From contig JANODF010000069.1 of assembly GCA_031412555.1 (NCBI GenBank), positions 1,608 to 65,607 of the forward strand: a stretch of DNA of 64,000 bases. Reading direction: 5' to 3'. The notes under the pieces were generated by a model. That model did no database searches, was not told the origin of the DNA, and was given only the letters and a program-made list of their open reading frames with translations. The position numbers and the translations under genes are program-made. The stretch comes from Archangium sp. (GTDB taxonomy: Bacteria; Myxococcota; Myxococcia; Myxococcales; Myxococcaceae). Shown here piece by piece: positions 1 to 9,147 of this stretch. Each line of letters starts with the position of its first letter. Position 1 is the stretch's first letter.

Positions 1-464
1 ATGCGCAGCAACGCCTGGCTCTGGCGCAAGGCGTCGTCGGACAGCTTGCGCTCCGTCACGTCGTGGCAGGTGCCGAACGCGCGCAGGGGAGCGCCGTGTT
101 CGTCGTAGGTCACCTGCCACCGCTCTTCGACGAACTTCACCCGGCCGCCCGGCAACAAGACGCGATGTTCGATCGAGCAGGGCGCGTGCAGCTCGGGCGA
201 TCTCAGGAAGGCTGAGTTCACCGCGTCGCGATCGAGCGGATGAATGAACTCGAGGAACAACTGGTGCGTGGGGCGGAACGTCGCGGGGTCGGTCTCGAAG
301 ATGCGGTGTGTCTCTTCTGACCAGCTGACTTCCAACGTGGAGAGATCAGTCTCCCAGCTGCCCAGCCGTGCGGCTCGTTGAGCGGCCGCCAGACGCGCGC
401 GCTCCGCTTCGAGCTCCCTGGAGAGCTGCCGCTGGGCATCCTCATTCAGGGTGTTCTCAGTCAT
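1..464 (-). CDS. PAS-domain sensor protein, N-terminal part (gene runs off the window start)
   Basis: Absent from the ORF track because it is open at the window edge. Reverse-strand translation from ATG (complement of 462-464) reads MTENTLNEDAQRQLSRELEAERARLAAAQ...WETDLSTLEVSWSEETHRIFETDPATFRPTHQLFLEFIHPLDRDAV...HRVLLPGGRVKFVEERWQVTYDEHGAPLRAFGTCHDVTERK. This is a coiled coil followed by a typical PAS fold pattern, with no stop down to nt 3. Confidence 0.7.
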   Translation of the reverse strand, partial: MTENTLNEDAQRQLSRELEAERARLAAAQRAARLGSWETDLSTLEVSWSEETHRIFETDPATFRPTHQLFLEFIHPLDRDAVNSAFLRSPELHAPCSIEHRVLLPGGRVKFVEERWQVTYDEHGAPLRAFGTCHDVTERKLSDDALRQSQALLR

Positions 465-562
465 GAGAGAAAGGAACTGTAGTGGCCGCGCCTCCTGTTG
501 CATACCCACCAAAATCGTCTGCCGACCCGGGAGGACAGCGGGGCGCGGAGTAGGCTGCACCC

Positions 563-2779
563 GTGCTTTCGCCCCTTCGTCTTTCATCCGTCGTCATCGC
601 AATCTTCCTCTCGAGCTGCGAGTGCACGAACGTCGGCCACATCGGCGGCAAGGTCGATGGCGGCGCTGACGGCGGCGCGAACTCGGGCGGAGGCACCGGC
701 ACTGGAGGTGGTGGCGGCGGGGGCGGCACCATCAGCGCTGGCCCGTTGACCATCAGCCCGCGCGATCAGGTCATCGACGTGTCGCCGGGGCAGCCGTTGC
801 CCACGGTGCAGTTCTCCGCCACGGCGCACGGCGCGAGCGTCACGCCCACCTGGGCTGCCTCTGCGTTGGGCAGCGTCAGCCCCAGCGGGCTCTTCGTTCC
901 CACCGGTTCTGCGGGGGGCATCTCCACCATCACCGCCAACGCAGCAGGTGAGCAGGACAGCACCACGGTGACCGTGCGGCTGCGGTTGGTACAGAACGGT
1001 GCGACCGATGCCGGAGCGATGGACGCTGGTTTCGGTGGCGTGGGCGGCGTGGGAGGCGAAGGCGTGGGTGGCCCGGTGACGCCGGCGATCCTCACCGTGC
1101 TCCAGTCGACACCGACCGCCGACGCCTCGTTGGGCCTGCTCTATCCGTACGATGAGACCGTCTGGCCGCGCGGCATTCTCGCGCCCCTGCTGCAGTGGAA
1201 TGCGGGGGCCCGTTCGTTCGACGCGGTGGGCATTCACCTCGAGTGCGCCCACTTCACCTGGGATGGCGCGTTCGCGAAGACCGCGACGCCCTTCATTCAC
1301 CACCCGGTTCCGCAAGACGTGTGGAAACAGTTGGGCGACTCGTGCGCGGGAGCGACCGTGCAGGTGCGCCTGGTGTTCGCGGCCGGCGGCGTGGCGTACG
1401 GACCGTTGACGCAGAGCTGGCGAATCGCGCCGGGCTTCCTGAAGGGCGTCGTCTATTACAACTCGTACGGCAGCAAGCTCGCGCTCAACCACCCCGGCGC
1501 GTTGCCGAACAACGCGATGTTCGGGGGAGCGACGCTGGCGATTCGGGGCGACTCGACCGACCCGGTGCTGGTCGCCGGCAAGACGGGCCCGACGAATGAC
1601 TGCCGGGTGTGCCACGTGGTTTCGGCCAACGGCTCCACGTTGCTCTCGCAGCAGGGCGACAACAACTCGGCCACCTCGGCCTACGCGCTTCGTTCGGCCA
1701 ACGCCGAGACGCCGATGTCGCCGGGTGATGGCCGCTTCGCCTGGGGTGGCCTCTCGCCCGACGGCACGTTCCTCTTTTCCAACTCGGCGCCGCTGCAGGG
1801 TTCGTCGCTTTCGCCCAGTGCGCTCTACCAGGTGCCCAGTGGCACGGAGATCCCCACCACGGGTCTGGCTGCGGGTCTGCAGGCAGGGACGCCGGTGTTC
1901 TCGCCCGACGGCCGCTCGCTCGCCTTCAACTGGTACGGAGGGCCGGGCAGTGATCGACGCTCGTTGGCCTTCACGCGTTTCACGCCGCCCGGTGCGTTCA
2001 CCGACTTCGTCACCCTGCACACGCCGCCCGCGGGGCACGTCGATCTCTACCCGAGCTTCCTGCCCACGGGCTCGGGCGTGGTCTTTCAGGTGGAGACGCA
2101 GAGCAGTGGCCGCAACTTTGCCGAGACGCGCTCGACCTGCGACGCCTCCGGTCCGTGCTCCGACGTGGGGGCGCACGGAGAGTTGTGGTGGGTCGACGTC
2201 GCCAGCAAGCAGGCGCACGCGCTGACGAAGTTGAACGGAGTGGGTCTGCCCACCGGGCCCAACGCGCACGATGCCGACGCGACGCTCAACTACGAGCCAA
2301 CGGTCAGCCCGATTCCTTCAGGTGGCTACGCGTGGGTGATCTTCACCAGCCGCCGCCTCTACGGAAACGTGGCCACCCTCAATCCGTTCTGGAGCGACCC
2401 GCGGTACCACGATCTCTCGCAGTCACCGACGCCCAAGAAGTTGTGGGTGGCGGCGATCGATCTCAACGCGGCCCCGGGCACGGATCCGAGCCACCCTGCT
2501 TTCTACCTGCCCGCGCAGGAGCTGCTCGCCGGCAACTCGCGGGGCTACTGGTCGCTCGATCCCTGCCGTGCCGATGGTGAGGGGTGTGGTTCAGGCGACC
2601 AATGCTGCGGTGGGTTCTGCCGTGGGCCGAACGACACGGGCAAGACGTGCAGCTCGAACAACGGCGGCGGGTGTTCGGCCGAGTTCGAACGCTGCACCAC
2701 GCACGCCGATTGTTGCGGCGCCGCGACCGCCGGCGCGGTCTGCGTGAATCAGCTCTGCGTGATCCCCGACATCAACTGA
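563..2779 (+). CDS. Secreted multi-domain lipoprotein (Gly-rich linker, Ig-like region, CxxCH motif, PD40/TolB-like propeller repeats, Cys-rich C-terminal module)
   Basis: ORF track, 738 aa. The N-terminus MLSPLRLSSVVIAIFLSSC carries a lipobox, followed by a poly-Gly linker. CRVCH is encoded at nt 1601-1615. LSPDG/FSPDG PD40-like strands recur. The last ~70 aa contain 12 Cys (CGSGDQCCGGFC...CCGAATAGAVCVNQLC). Confidence 0.75.
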   Translation: MLSPLRLSSVVIAIFLSSCECTNVGHIGGKVDGGADGGANSGGGTGTGGGGGGGGTISAGPLTISPRDQVIDVSPGQPLPTVQFSATAHGASVTPTWAASALGSVSPSGLFVPTGSAGGISTITANAAGEQDSTTVTVRLRLVQNGATDAGAMDAGFGGVGGVGGEGVGGPVTPAILTVLQSTPTADASLGLLYPYDETVWPRGILAPLLQWNAGARSFDAVGIHLECAHFTWDGAFAKTATPFIHHPVPQDVWKQLGDSCAGATVQVRLVFAAGGVAYGPLTQSWRIAPGFLKGVVYYNSYGSKLALNHPGALPNNAMFGGATLAIRGDSTDPVLVAGKTGPTNDCRVCHVVSANGSTLLSQQGDNNSATSAYALRSANAETPMSPGDGRFAWGGLSPDGTFLFSNSAPLQGSSLSPSALYQVPSGTEIPTTGLAAGLQAGTPVFSPDGRSLAFNWYGGPGSDRRSLAFTRFTPPGAFTDFVTLHTPPAGHVDLYPSFLPTGSGVVFQVETQSSGRNFAETRSTCDASGPCSDVGAHGELWWVDVASKQAHALTKLNGVGLPTGPNAHDADATLNYEPTVSPIPSGGYAWVIFTSRRLYGNVATLNPFWSDPRYHDLSQSPTPKKLWVAAIDLNAAPGTDPSHPAFYLPAQELLAGNSRGYWSLDPCRADGEGCGSGDQCCGGFCRGPNDTGKTCSSNNGGGCSAEFERCTTHADCCGAATAGAVCVNQLCVIPDIN

Positions 2780-2870
2780 AAGACGAACTCAGCCGTAGCC
2801 CGGTGCGGTCCCTTGTCACCGGGCGCCGCCCTCAGTTGAGTTTCGTATTCTTCCTTGGTCAGGTGCGCGC

Positions 2871-3089
2871 ATGAAAAGCCCAGTGGGTGTCGCGGCGTGC
2901 TTGGTGTTGCTCTCGTGTCAGGAGAGCACTGAGAAATTCGGGGTGGCACAGCGCGCAGCGACGTCGCCGGAAGAATTCGCGAGAGAGATTCTCTCGAAGC
3001 GCTACGAGGTCGAGGGGGGCAAATTTCCTTCGAGCAGGTCGCGCGTGCCGCCTACTCACACCGCGAGGACAGACCAGCGCTGCTTCTGA
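2871..3089 (+). pseudogene. 5' fragment carrying a lipoprotein signal peptide, apparently the true start of the downstream S8-like peptidase gene, split off by a frameshift at a G6 run
   Basis: The 72-aa ORF starts MKSPVGVAACLVLLSCQ (lipobox LLSC). After the G6 run at 3014-3019 its own frame turns Arg/Ser-rich and stops. The -1 frame from the same point reads QISFEQVARAAYSHREDRPALLLKWRIEP... and runs without stop, and without any ATG/GTG/TTG, into ORF 3293..4873. Confidence 0.5.
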
Positions 3090-3292
3090 AGTGGCGCATC
3101 GAGCCAACGACCGCCGGAACCATCGCGCTCGACCTCGCAGGCAAGGAACTCGAGGAAGCGACACTCGAAAACAAAGAGGCCGAGTTCATCCGCGACAATG
3201 GTCTGCGGATCGCGCCGTCCCTGCGGCAGAGGTTTGCCGAACAGCCCGGTATCGAGCTCGCCGTCAATGTCACGTTCATCCCGAAGGCCAGC

Positions 3293-4873
3293 ATGGACTT
3301 CTCCCGCTGGGACGAAGCAAGCGAAGTGAAAGACGAAGACCTTCTCGCCGAACGTGGCCGCGGCGTCGAGCGGCTCAGCGCCGAAACGACTGCTCGCGCG
3401 AACGAACTGTCTGCGGCGTACGAGGCATCGCTCATCGATCTCGGGCTGAATGCCGCATCGTTCAAGCTCACTGAGGTTCAAGCTCGTGACATCGCTCGAA
3501 TCACCTTCGTGAACGAACTGACCCTGGCACCAGACCCGATGACGCCTGAGATGATCCCGTTGATCGCTGAGGAGGGCGAGAGCACCGGCATCTATTCTTT
3601 CAGCCAGTCGAACGGTGCCTATGGCGGGGGTATGGGTGTGATCATTCACGAGCAGGGGGCGCCGTGGGACATGTCAGGGTTCTTCGCTCAGGACACGCTC
3701 GGAGCGTTCAAACACGAGTCGCAGGGCACGCTTGCCGCGCTCACCCACGCACGCCAGGTTTTCGCGATCCTCTCGAACACGTTCGCCACGAACCGTGGCA
3801 TGGCCCCCGACGCGAACTTCGGTTTCTTGACTGAGCGCGACGGGCTCCCGTTCTCGAGCGACATCGCCCGGCTCACACAGCTCGTTGGAGGCACCGCGAG
3901 CAACCCGCCGCCTGTGCCTTACCGCGTCTACAACGGGAGCTACGGCCTGAGTCGGCTTCCCAGCGATGTGAACACCTCTCTCGGTGCCTTCTCACACAGC
4001 TTCGATGCGCTTGCCTGGAGCGGAGGCTTTACGTCTGTCTTTGCAAACGGCAACACGAACGCGCGTTACACATCGCCAGACGTGTCCGCCACGCCCGCAA
4101 ACGGGTTCAACAGCATCGCGGTGGGAGGCACAGACGACTCGCGTACCCCCCTTGATGCGTCGGACGACACAGTCGCGTCAGAATCGGCCTTCATTGGCCC
4201 TCCGTCGCTCCATCATGATCGTGTGAAGCCCGAGCTGCTTGCTCCATACGCGGTCTGCACCATCCCTGGCGCTGGTTGCGGCTCCGGGAGCAGCTTTTCC
4301 GCACCCCTCGTCACTGGCCTCGTCGTCGACTTGATGCAGAAGCTCCCCATCGCGCGCGGTCGCCCGGACACCGTCAAGGCGTTGTTGGTCGCGAACGCGC
4401 GAGCGATTGCTGGTAGCCAGGTCGGCGCTGGCTTTGGCCAGGTCTCGGGCGTCAAGCTCGCAGGCGCCATGCCGTGGGGAAACACGCGGGGCCTGTACAT
4501 GGCCCGCACGGCGACGTGCGCGGCACTGCGCGCCACGACTCACGTGGTCGAGTTGACGCCAGTCGACGCATTCCCCGTACGGATCGTGATGTCCTGGCTC
4601 TCGAACGGTAGCAACGGCGCCCCGACAAATGAGCCATTTCACGATCTCGATCTCGTCGTCGTGCAGCTCTCCAACAACGCGGTCATCGCATCGAGCGCCC
4701 GCTTTGATTCGACCGTCGAGGTCGTCGACTTCACGCCGATTCCGAACGAGCGCTACGCGGTTCGCGTTTCGGCCCGCCGCTGTTACTCGGGAATGGTGCC
4801 CTTCACCGTCGCGTGGCGGTCAAGCGGAGCAAGCCTTCAAGCCGTTCCCTCGACCATCGGCTCGGCGCCCTGA
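3293..4873 (+). CDS. Subtilisin-like (S8-family-like) serine peptidase domain protein; the minimal ATG-started ORF of a longer start-less open frame
   Basis: ORF track, 526 aa. The Ser-motif region GSGSSFSAPLVTGLVVDLMQ resembles GTSxAxPxVxG of S8 peptidases. The Asp- and His-motif regions are divergent (VIIHEQG, KHESQGTLAA). The same frame stays open upstream to about nt 2933 with no start codon. Confidence 0.6.
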   Translation: MDFSRWDEASEVKDEDLLAERGRGVERLSAETTARANELSAAYEASLIDLGLNAASFKLTEVQARDIARITFVNELTLAPDPMTPEMIPLIAEEGESTGIYSFSQSNGAYGGGMGVIIHEQGAPWDMSGFFAQDTLGAFKHESQGTLAALTHARQVFAILSNTFATNRGMAPDANFGFLTERDGLPFSSDIARLTQLVGGTASNPPPVPYRVYNGSYGLSRLPSDVNTSLGAFSHSFDALAWSGGFTSVFANGNTNARYTSPDVSATPANGFNSIAVGGTDDSRTPLDASDDTVASESAFIGPPSLHHDRVKPELLAPYAVCTIPGAGCGSGSSFSAPLVTGLVVDLMQKLPIARGRPDTVKALLVANARAIAGSQVGAGFGQVSGVKLAGAMPWGNTRGLYMARTATCAALRATTHVVELTPVDAFPVRIVMSWLSNGSNGAPTNEPFHDLDLVVVQLSNNAVIASSARFDSTVEVVDFTPIPNERYAVRVSARRCYSGMVPFTVAWRSSGASLQAVPSTIGSAP

Positions 4874-4875
4874 AC

Positions 4876-6021
4876 ATGCGCGGTCTCCTGCCCCTCCTGT
4901 TCTGCTCGCTCACGGCCTGTCCGATGCCGGCGCCAACACCAGACGCAGGGTGCGGGTCGCTCGATCTCTTCCTCTACCGCCCGTCGGCGCTCATCCCCGA
5001 GGGAGAGCACGAGATCCTTTTGCAGCCGCATGAGGTGGGCATCGACGCCTCCGTCGAGCTTTCCGTTTCTGGCACGAGCCTGGGCACACGGAGCATCGCC
5101 ACCACCGCGCGGTGGAGAACGACGCTCGCACGCGGCGATCAGGAGCTCATCGCCGATGTTCATTGTGGCGGAGAGTCGTGGCGCCGGACCTGGACGCCCC
5201 ATGTCTATCCGCGGCTGCTGCTGACGGAATCGTTGCCACGAGAATGCGCGCGCCTGCTCCCGATGACGGATGGTTTCGATTGTGATGGCGTCGCCGTCGA
5301 CCTCGCTGGAGTGCCTCGGCCTGGGTTCGTGAGCGGCCTTACGAGTCGTGTCTTTCCGACACCTGACGGTGGTTGGGGCAGGTGGGTACTCACAGACGCC
5401 GGGCTCGTGCGCGAAGTCGACGGCATCGCAACCAACGCGGTGCCATTTCCAGACACTGACGTGCTGGTCGCCACTGAGTCGTTTGCCTCCACCGCTGGTC
5501 ACCTCGTGCTTGTCGAGGACGGAGGTCTTCGATCGGTCGCGGTCGATGCCGGAATCAACCTGGACGCCTATTCGCCCTGCGCGGCCAGTGGGAGCTCGAT
5601 CGCGTGGTGTTACGCGCCATTCGTCATCTTCGAAGACCCCGACCCAGATGTGCCCTGGTACCTGTGCACGCTCGCTGGCGAGTGTGCGATGGGCGGACTG
5701 GGGCTGCTCGTGATGCAGGACCTCCGCTTAGGGCTCGTCACCTTCCGCAACAGCACGGAGTTCTTTCAGCTGGAGCTCCAACGACCGGGCGAGATCATCG
5801 CCAAGCGAGCATCGCGCTTTGACGAGAGAACCGGCGCCCCCCCCACTTACCGTCGGGGAGATGGTGCGCAGGGCCGGATGCAGGGCACGGGTTGGGAAGC
5901 ATTCGGCTTCCTCTCCGACGGGCTCGAGACTTTCACCGTCGTCGAGCGGCGGCCCGAAGCGAACTCGGAGTTCGTGTGGCTCGTTGATGGCGGCGTGACC
6001 TCGTATTCACGACTCCGCTGA
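4876..6021 (+). CDS. Hypothetical lipoprotein
   Basis: Lies in the frame of ORF 4813..6021. ATG at 4876, 2 nt after the upstream TGA, gives MRGLLPLLFCSLTACP (signal peptide plus lipobox LTAC). I recognise no family. Confidence 0.65.
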   Translation: MRGLLPLLFCSLTACPMPAPTPDAGCGSLDLFLYRPSALIPEGEHEILLQPHEVGIDASVELSVSGTSLGTRSIATTARWRTTLARGDQELIADVHCGGESWRRTWTPHVYPRLLLTESLPRECARLLPMTDGFDCDGVAVDLAGVPRPGFVSGLTSRVFPTPDGGWGRWVLTDAGLVREVDGIATNAVPFPDTDVLVATESFASTAGHLVLVEDGGLRSVAVDAGINLDAYSPCAASGSSIAWCYAPFVIFEDPDPDVPWYLCTLAGECAMGGLGLLVMQDLRLGLVTFRNSTEFFQLELQRPGEIIAKRASRFDERTGAPPTYRRGDGAQGRMQGTGWEAFGFLSDGLETFTVVERRPEANSEFVWLVDGGVTSYSRLR

Positions 6022-6059
6022 CACTCACGAGAGGCGCACTTCCGGCCCAGGTCGAGCCC

Positions 6060-7535
6060 TCACTTGACGCTGGGCTTGAGCACCAGCTGATCATTGATGA
6101 TCTCAAAACCCGGCTGCCGGTCGAGCCGCTCGCTGATGGCCTCCGCTGTAAGCCCCGTGTCGCTCACCAACTTGGTCAGCAACGAAGTCCACGGAGTCCT
6201 CCGGGTACCACCCGGCCCATCGACGCCCATGAGCGCCAGGTGCCTCAACGTCAGGTCGACCACCTTGCCCAGCCGCTGCTCCTCGAGCAACGCCGTGGTC
6301 TGAGCGTTCAAATCAAGAAAGCTCGAAGCGACCGTGCGAATCGCAAGCGCCATGAATGAGGTGCGCTCCATCTCTTCCTGAAGGAACAACCGATCGACCA
6401 CCGCCACCGTGGTGTCGAGCAGCGCGGTGACCGTGGCCGAGCGAGGGCTGCCCGTGAGCACGGCGGTCTCACCGAACATCTCCCCCGGCCCCAGCAGCCG
6501 GAGCATCTGCGTCTTGCCCGCGACCACGCGCGTCGCCTGGCAGTGACCATCGAGGATCACGTAGGCCGCATCTCCGATCTCACCTTCCCGAACGATCGCC
6601 TCACCGGTCTGGAACACCATGCGGGGCAGCTGCGCCGTGCCGCGGATGAAGTCTTCGAGCTCGCGTTTGATCTCCGCGACGTCCTGGTACCGATCCTCAG
6701 GAGCGACGGAGAGCGCCTTCATGCAGATCGCCACCAGCCGCCGGGGCATCGATTGCGCGCCCCGTTTGGCCACCTGATCCGGAGGCTGAATCATCGCCTC
6801 GATCGCCAGCGCCCGGGTGCCGTTCGAGGTCTTGTCGAGGTACGGCGGCCGCCCCGCGAGGATCCGGTAGAGCATTCCACCGAGCGCGAAGACGTCGGTG
6901 CGTTCGTCGAGCGCGTAGTTCTGACCACGCGCCTGCTCCGGCGCCATGTACGCGGGCGTGCCGAAAGAAGACCCGTCGTCCTTTTCCTTCGAGGGCAGGT
7001 TTGCCTTGCGAAGCGCGAGCCCCCAATCGACCACGTAGATCTGCCCGTACTCGCCGACCATCACGTTGGAGGGTTTGAGATCGAGGTGCAGCACACCGCG
7101 CGCGTGGGCGAAGGAGATCGCGTCACACACCCGCACCATCACGTCGAGCGCAGAGAAGAGGCCATCGATGCCCTCCTTCTCATTCTGCTCCAGGATCTGC
7201 TGGAGGCTGCTGCCCTCGAGCACCTTCATGGTGAAGCAGGTCGACTTCTTCTTGTCGGTGGCGAGCGCGTAGACCGCGGGGATGTTCGGGTGATCGAGCT
7301 GCGCGGTGATGCGCGCTTCTTCGATGAAGCGGTTGAGCGCGAGGTCTTCCTTCATCAACTCGGGGCGCAGGGCCTTGAAGGCCACCTCGCGGCCGAGGGT
7401 CTCGTCGCGCACCCGGTAGACCCGCGACATGCCGCCGGCGCCGAGGAGACCCAGGTCGACGATCTCCCAACCCGCGGGAATCGGCTGCGTCAGTGACTGC
7501 CCGTCGTCGGGCCGCTTCTTTCCGAAACCGAACAT
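6060..7535 (-). CDS. Ser/Thr protein kinase with C-terminal cyclic-nucleotide-binding domain
   Basis: ORF 6060..7565, whose track start is TTG. ATG at 7535 is preceded by GGAGAG. Kinase motifs present: LGAGGMSRVY, VAFKAL, HLDLKPSN, DWG, APE. The C-terminal cNMP signature is FGETAVLTGSPRSATVTA. Confidence 0.85.
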   Translation of the reverse strand: MFGFGKKRPDDGQSLTQPIPAGWEIVDLGLLGAGGMSRVYRVRDETLGREVAFKALRPELMKEDLALNRFIEEARITAQLDHPNIPAVYALATDKKKSTCFTMKVLEGSSLQQILEQNEKEGIDGLFSALDVMVRVCDAISFAHARGVLHLDLKPSNVMVGEYGQIYVVDWGLALRKANLPSKEKDDGSSFGTPAYMAPEQARGQNYALDERTDVFALGGMLYRILAGRPPYLDKTSNGTRALAIEAMIQPPDQVAKRGAQSMPRRLVAICMKALSVAPEDRYQDVAEIKRELEDFIRGTAQLPRMVFQTGEAIVREGEIGDAAYVILDGHCQATRVVAGKTQMLRLLGPGEMFGETAVLTGSPRSATVTALLDTTVAVVDRLFLQEEMERTSFMALAIRTVASSFLDLNAQTTALLEEQRLGKVVDLTLRHLALMGVDGPGGTRRTPWTSLLTKLVSDTGLTAEAISERLDRQPGFEIINDQLVLKPSVK

Positions 7536-7636
7536 GAACGCAGTCTCTCCGATCCTTGGAGCCAATGGGATCCATCAGGCAGAACCACCGATCGGTTAGA
7601 GCGCCGCGGCCCCGAGCGGTGTAGGTCATCACCCCA

Positions 7637-8599
7637 ATGCGTCCAGCGATGTTGCTGTGGGTCCTCGCCGCGGTGGCCTGCTCCAAGGCCCCCACTCCGC
7701 GCGCGTCGCTGGCCACCAAGCTCGCCCTCAGCCTCGACGCAGGTCACGACTCTGATGCGGGCACGGTGCGTTTCATCGCGCTGGGTGACACCGGCAAAGG
7801 CAACCCCGGGCAGTACCAGGTGGGCGCGGCCATGGGCACGCTCTGCGCGGCGCAAGGCTGCGACTTCGTCATCCTGCTCGGCGACAACTTCTATCCAAAC
7901 GGAGTCGGCTCGACCGACGACCCGCAGTGGAAGAAGGCCTTCGTCGATCCCTACGCGTCAGTCGAAGCACCCTTCTACGCGGTGCTCGGCAATCACGACT
8001 GCGGGGGCGATGGCGCCGGCACCGACCTGCCCCGCGGCGACGTGCAGGTGGCGTACTCCGAGGTGAACCCCAAGTGGCGCATGCCCGGCCGGCACTACAA
8101 GTGGAGCATCGGCGAGGTGGACTTCTTCGTGGCCGACACCAACCGCTCGATGTTCAGCGTCGACGAAGACGTGCGCGCCGACTTCGAGAAGTGGCTCCCG
8201 GCCTCGAAGGCGACGTGGAAGATCGCCTTCGCGCACCACCCGTATCTCTCGAACGGAGAACACGGCAACGCGGGCAGCTACGACGGGCTTCCCTTCGTGC
8301 CCGTGGCGAACGGCGCCAGCGTGAAGAGTTTTCTCGACGATCGGGTGTGCGGGCAGGCCGACTTCCTGTTCACCGGCCATGATCACAGCATCCAGTGGTT
8401 GGAGCCGACCTGCGATGGCACCGAGCTGATCGTCTCGGGCGGCGGCGCAAAGACCACCCGGCTGCTGGGTAAACAACCGGCGCACTACCAGAGCCGGAAC
8501 CTCGGCTTCGTCTACGTAGTCATCCGCGGCAACACGCTGACCGCTTCGTTCCACGACGCCGACGGCGTGCAGCAGTACACGCGCACGGTGCAGAAGTGA
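7637..8599 (+). CDS. Calcineurin-like metallophosphoesterase (purple/tartrate-resistant acid phosphatase-like), lipoprotein
   Basis: Motifs GDTGKG, GDNFY, GNHD, AFAHHP and GHDH occur in the canonical order. The N-terminus MRPAMLLWVLAAVACSK has a lipobox. Confidence 0.85.
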   Translation: MRPAMLLWVLAAVACSKAPTPRASLATKLALSLDAGHDSDAGTVRFIALGDTGKGNPGQYQVGAAMGTLCAAQGCDFVILLGDNFYPNGVGSTDDPQWKKAFVDPYASVEAPFYAVLGNHDCGGDGAGTDLPRGDVQVAYSEVNPKWRMPGRHYKWSIGEVDFFVADTNRSMFSVDEDVRADFEKWLPASKATWKIAFAHHPYLSNGEHGNAGSYDGLPFVPVANGASVKSFLDDRVCGQADFLFTGHDHSIQWLEPTCDGTELIVSGGGAKTTRLLGKQPAHYQSRNLGFVYVVIRGNTLTASFHDADGVQQYTRTVQK

Positions 8600-9066
8600 G
8601 CGAGACACCGGCCACGAAGTTTCTGACCGAGCGCGGCGTGGCCTTCACGCTGACGCCCTACGAGTACGAAGAGCACGGCGGCACCAGGGTGTCGTCGCAG
8701 AAGCTGGGCGTCGACGAACACGTGGTGATCAAGACGCTGGTTTTCGAAGACGAGACGAAGACGCCCCTGCTGGTGTTGATGCACGGGGATAAAAAGGTCT
8801 CGGCCAAGACGCTAGCGCGGCAGCTCGGCCTCAAGTCGGTGCAGCCCTGCAAGCCCGAGGTGGCGCAGCGGCACACAGGCTACCAGGTCGGCGGTACGTC
8901 GCCCTTCGGGACCAAGAAGGTTCTGCGGGTCTGCTGCGAACGGACCATCGCGGGCCTGCCCCAGATCTTCATCAACGCAGGCGGGCGCGGGTTGTTGTGT
9001 TCACTCTCGCCCAACGAGCTGGTGCGGGTGCTCAGCCCCACCCTCGTCGACTGCGCGAGCGACTGA
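8596..9066 (+). CDS. ybaK: Cys-tRNA(Pro)/Cys-tRNA(Cys) deacylase YbaK
   Basis: 156 aa, collinear with E. coli YbaK as I recall it (TPATKFL...GVAF...YEYEE, KTLV, HTGYQVGGTSPFG, INAGGRG). The GTG start overlaps the upstream stop (GTGA). Confidence 0.8.
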   Translation: MSETPATKFLTERGVAFTLTPYEYEEHGGTRVSSQKLGVDEHVVIKTLVFEDETKTPLLVLMHGDKKVSAKTLARQLGLKSVQPCKPEVAQRHTGYQVGGTSPFGTKKVLRVCCERTIAGLPQIFINAGGRGLLCSLSPNELVRVLSPTLVDCASD

Positions 9067-9147
9067 ACCACACGCACGCCGCTCGCGGTTCGTACGCCGC
9101 GGAGTAGGTTTGCGCCGCATGAAGCGATGGTTGCCAGAGCGGACCCC

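Noticed and set aside
584-2269. 561-aa minus-strand ORF.
   Set aside because: It is antisense to the lipoprotein gene 563..2779 and is an Arg-rich shadow ORF.
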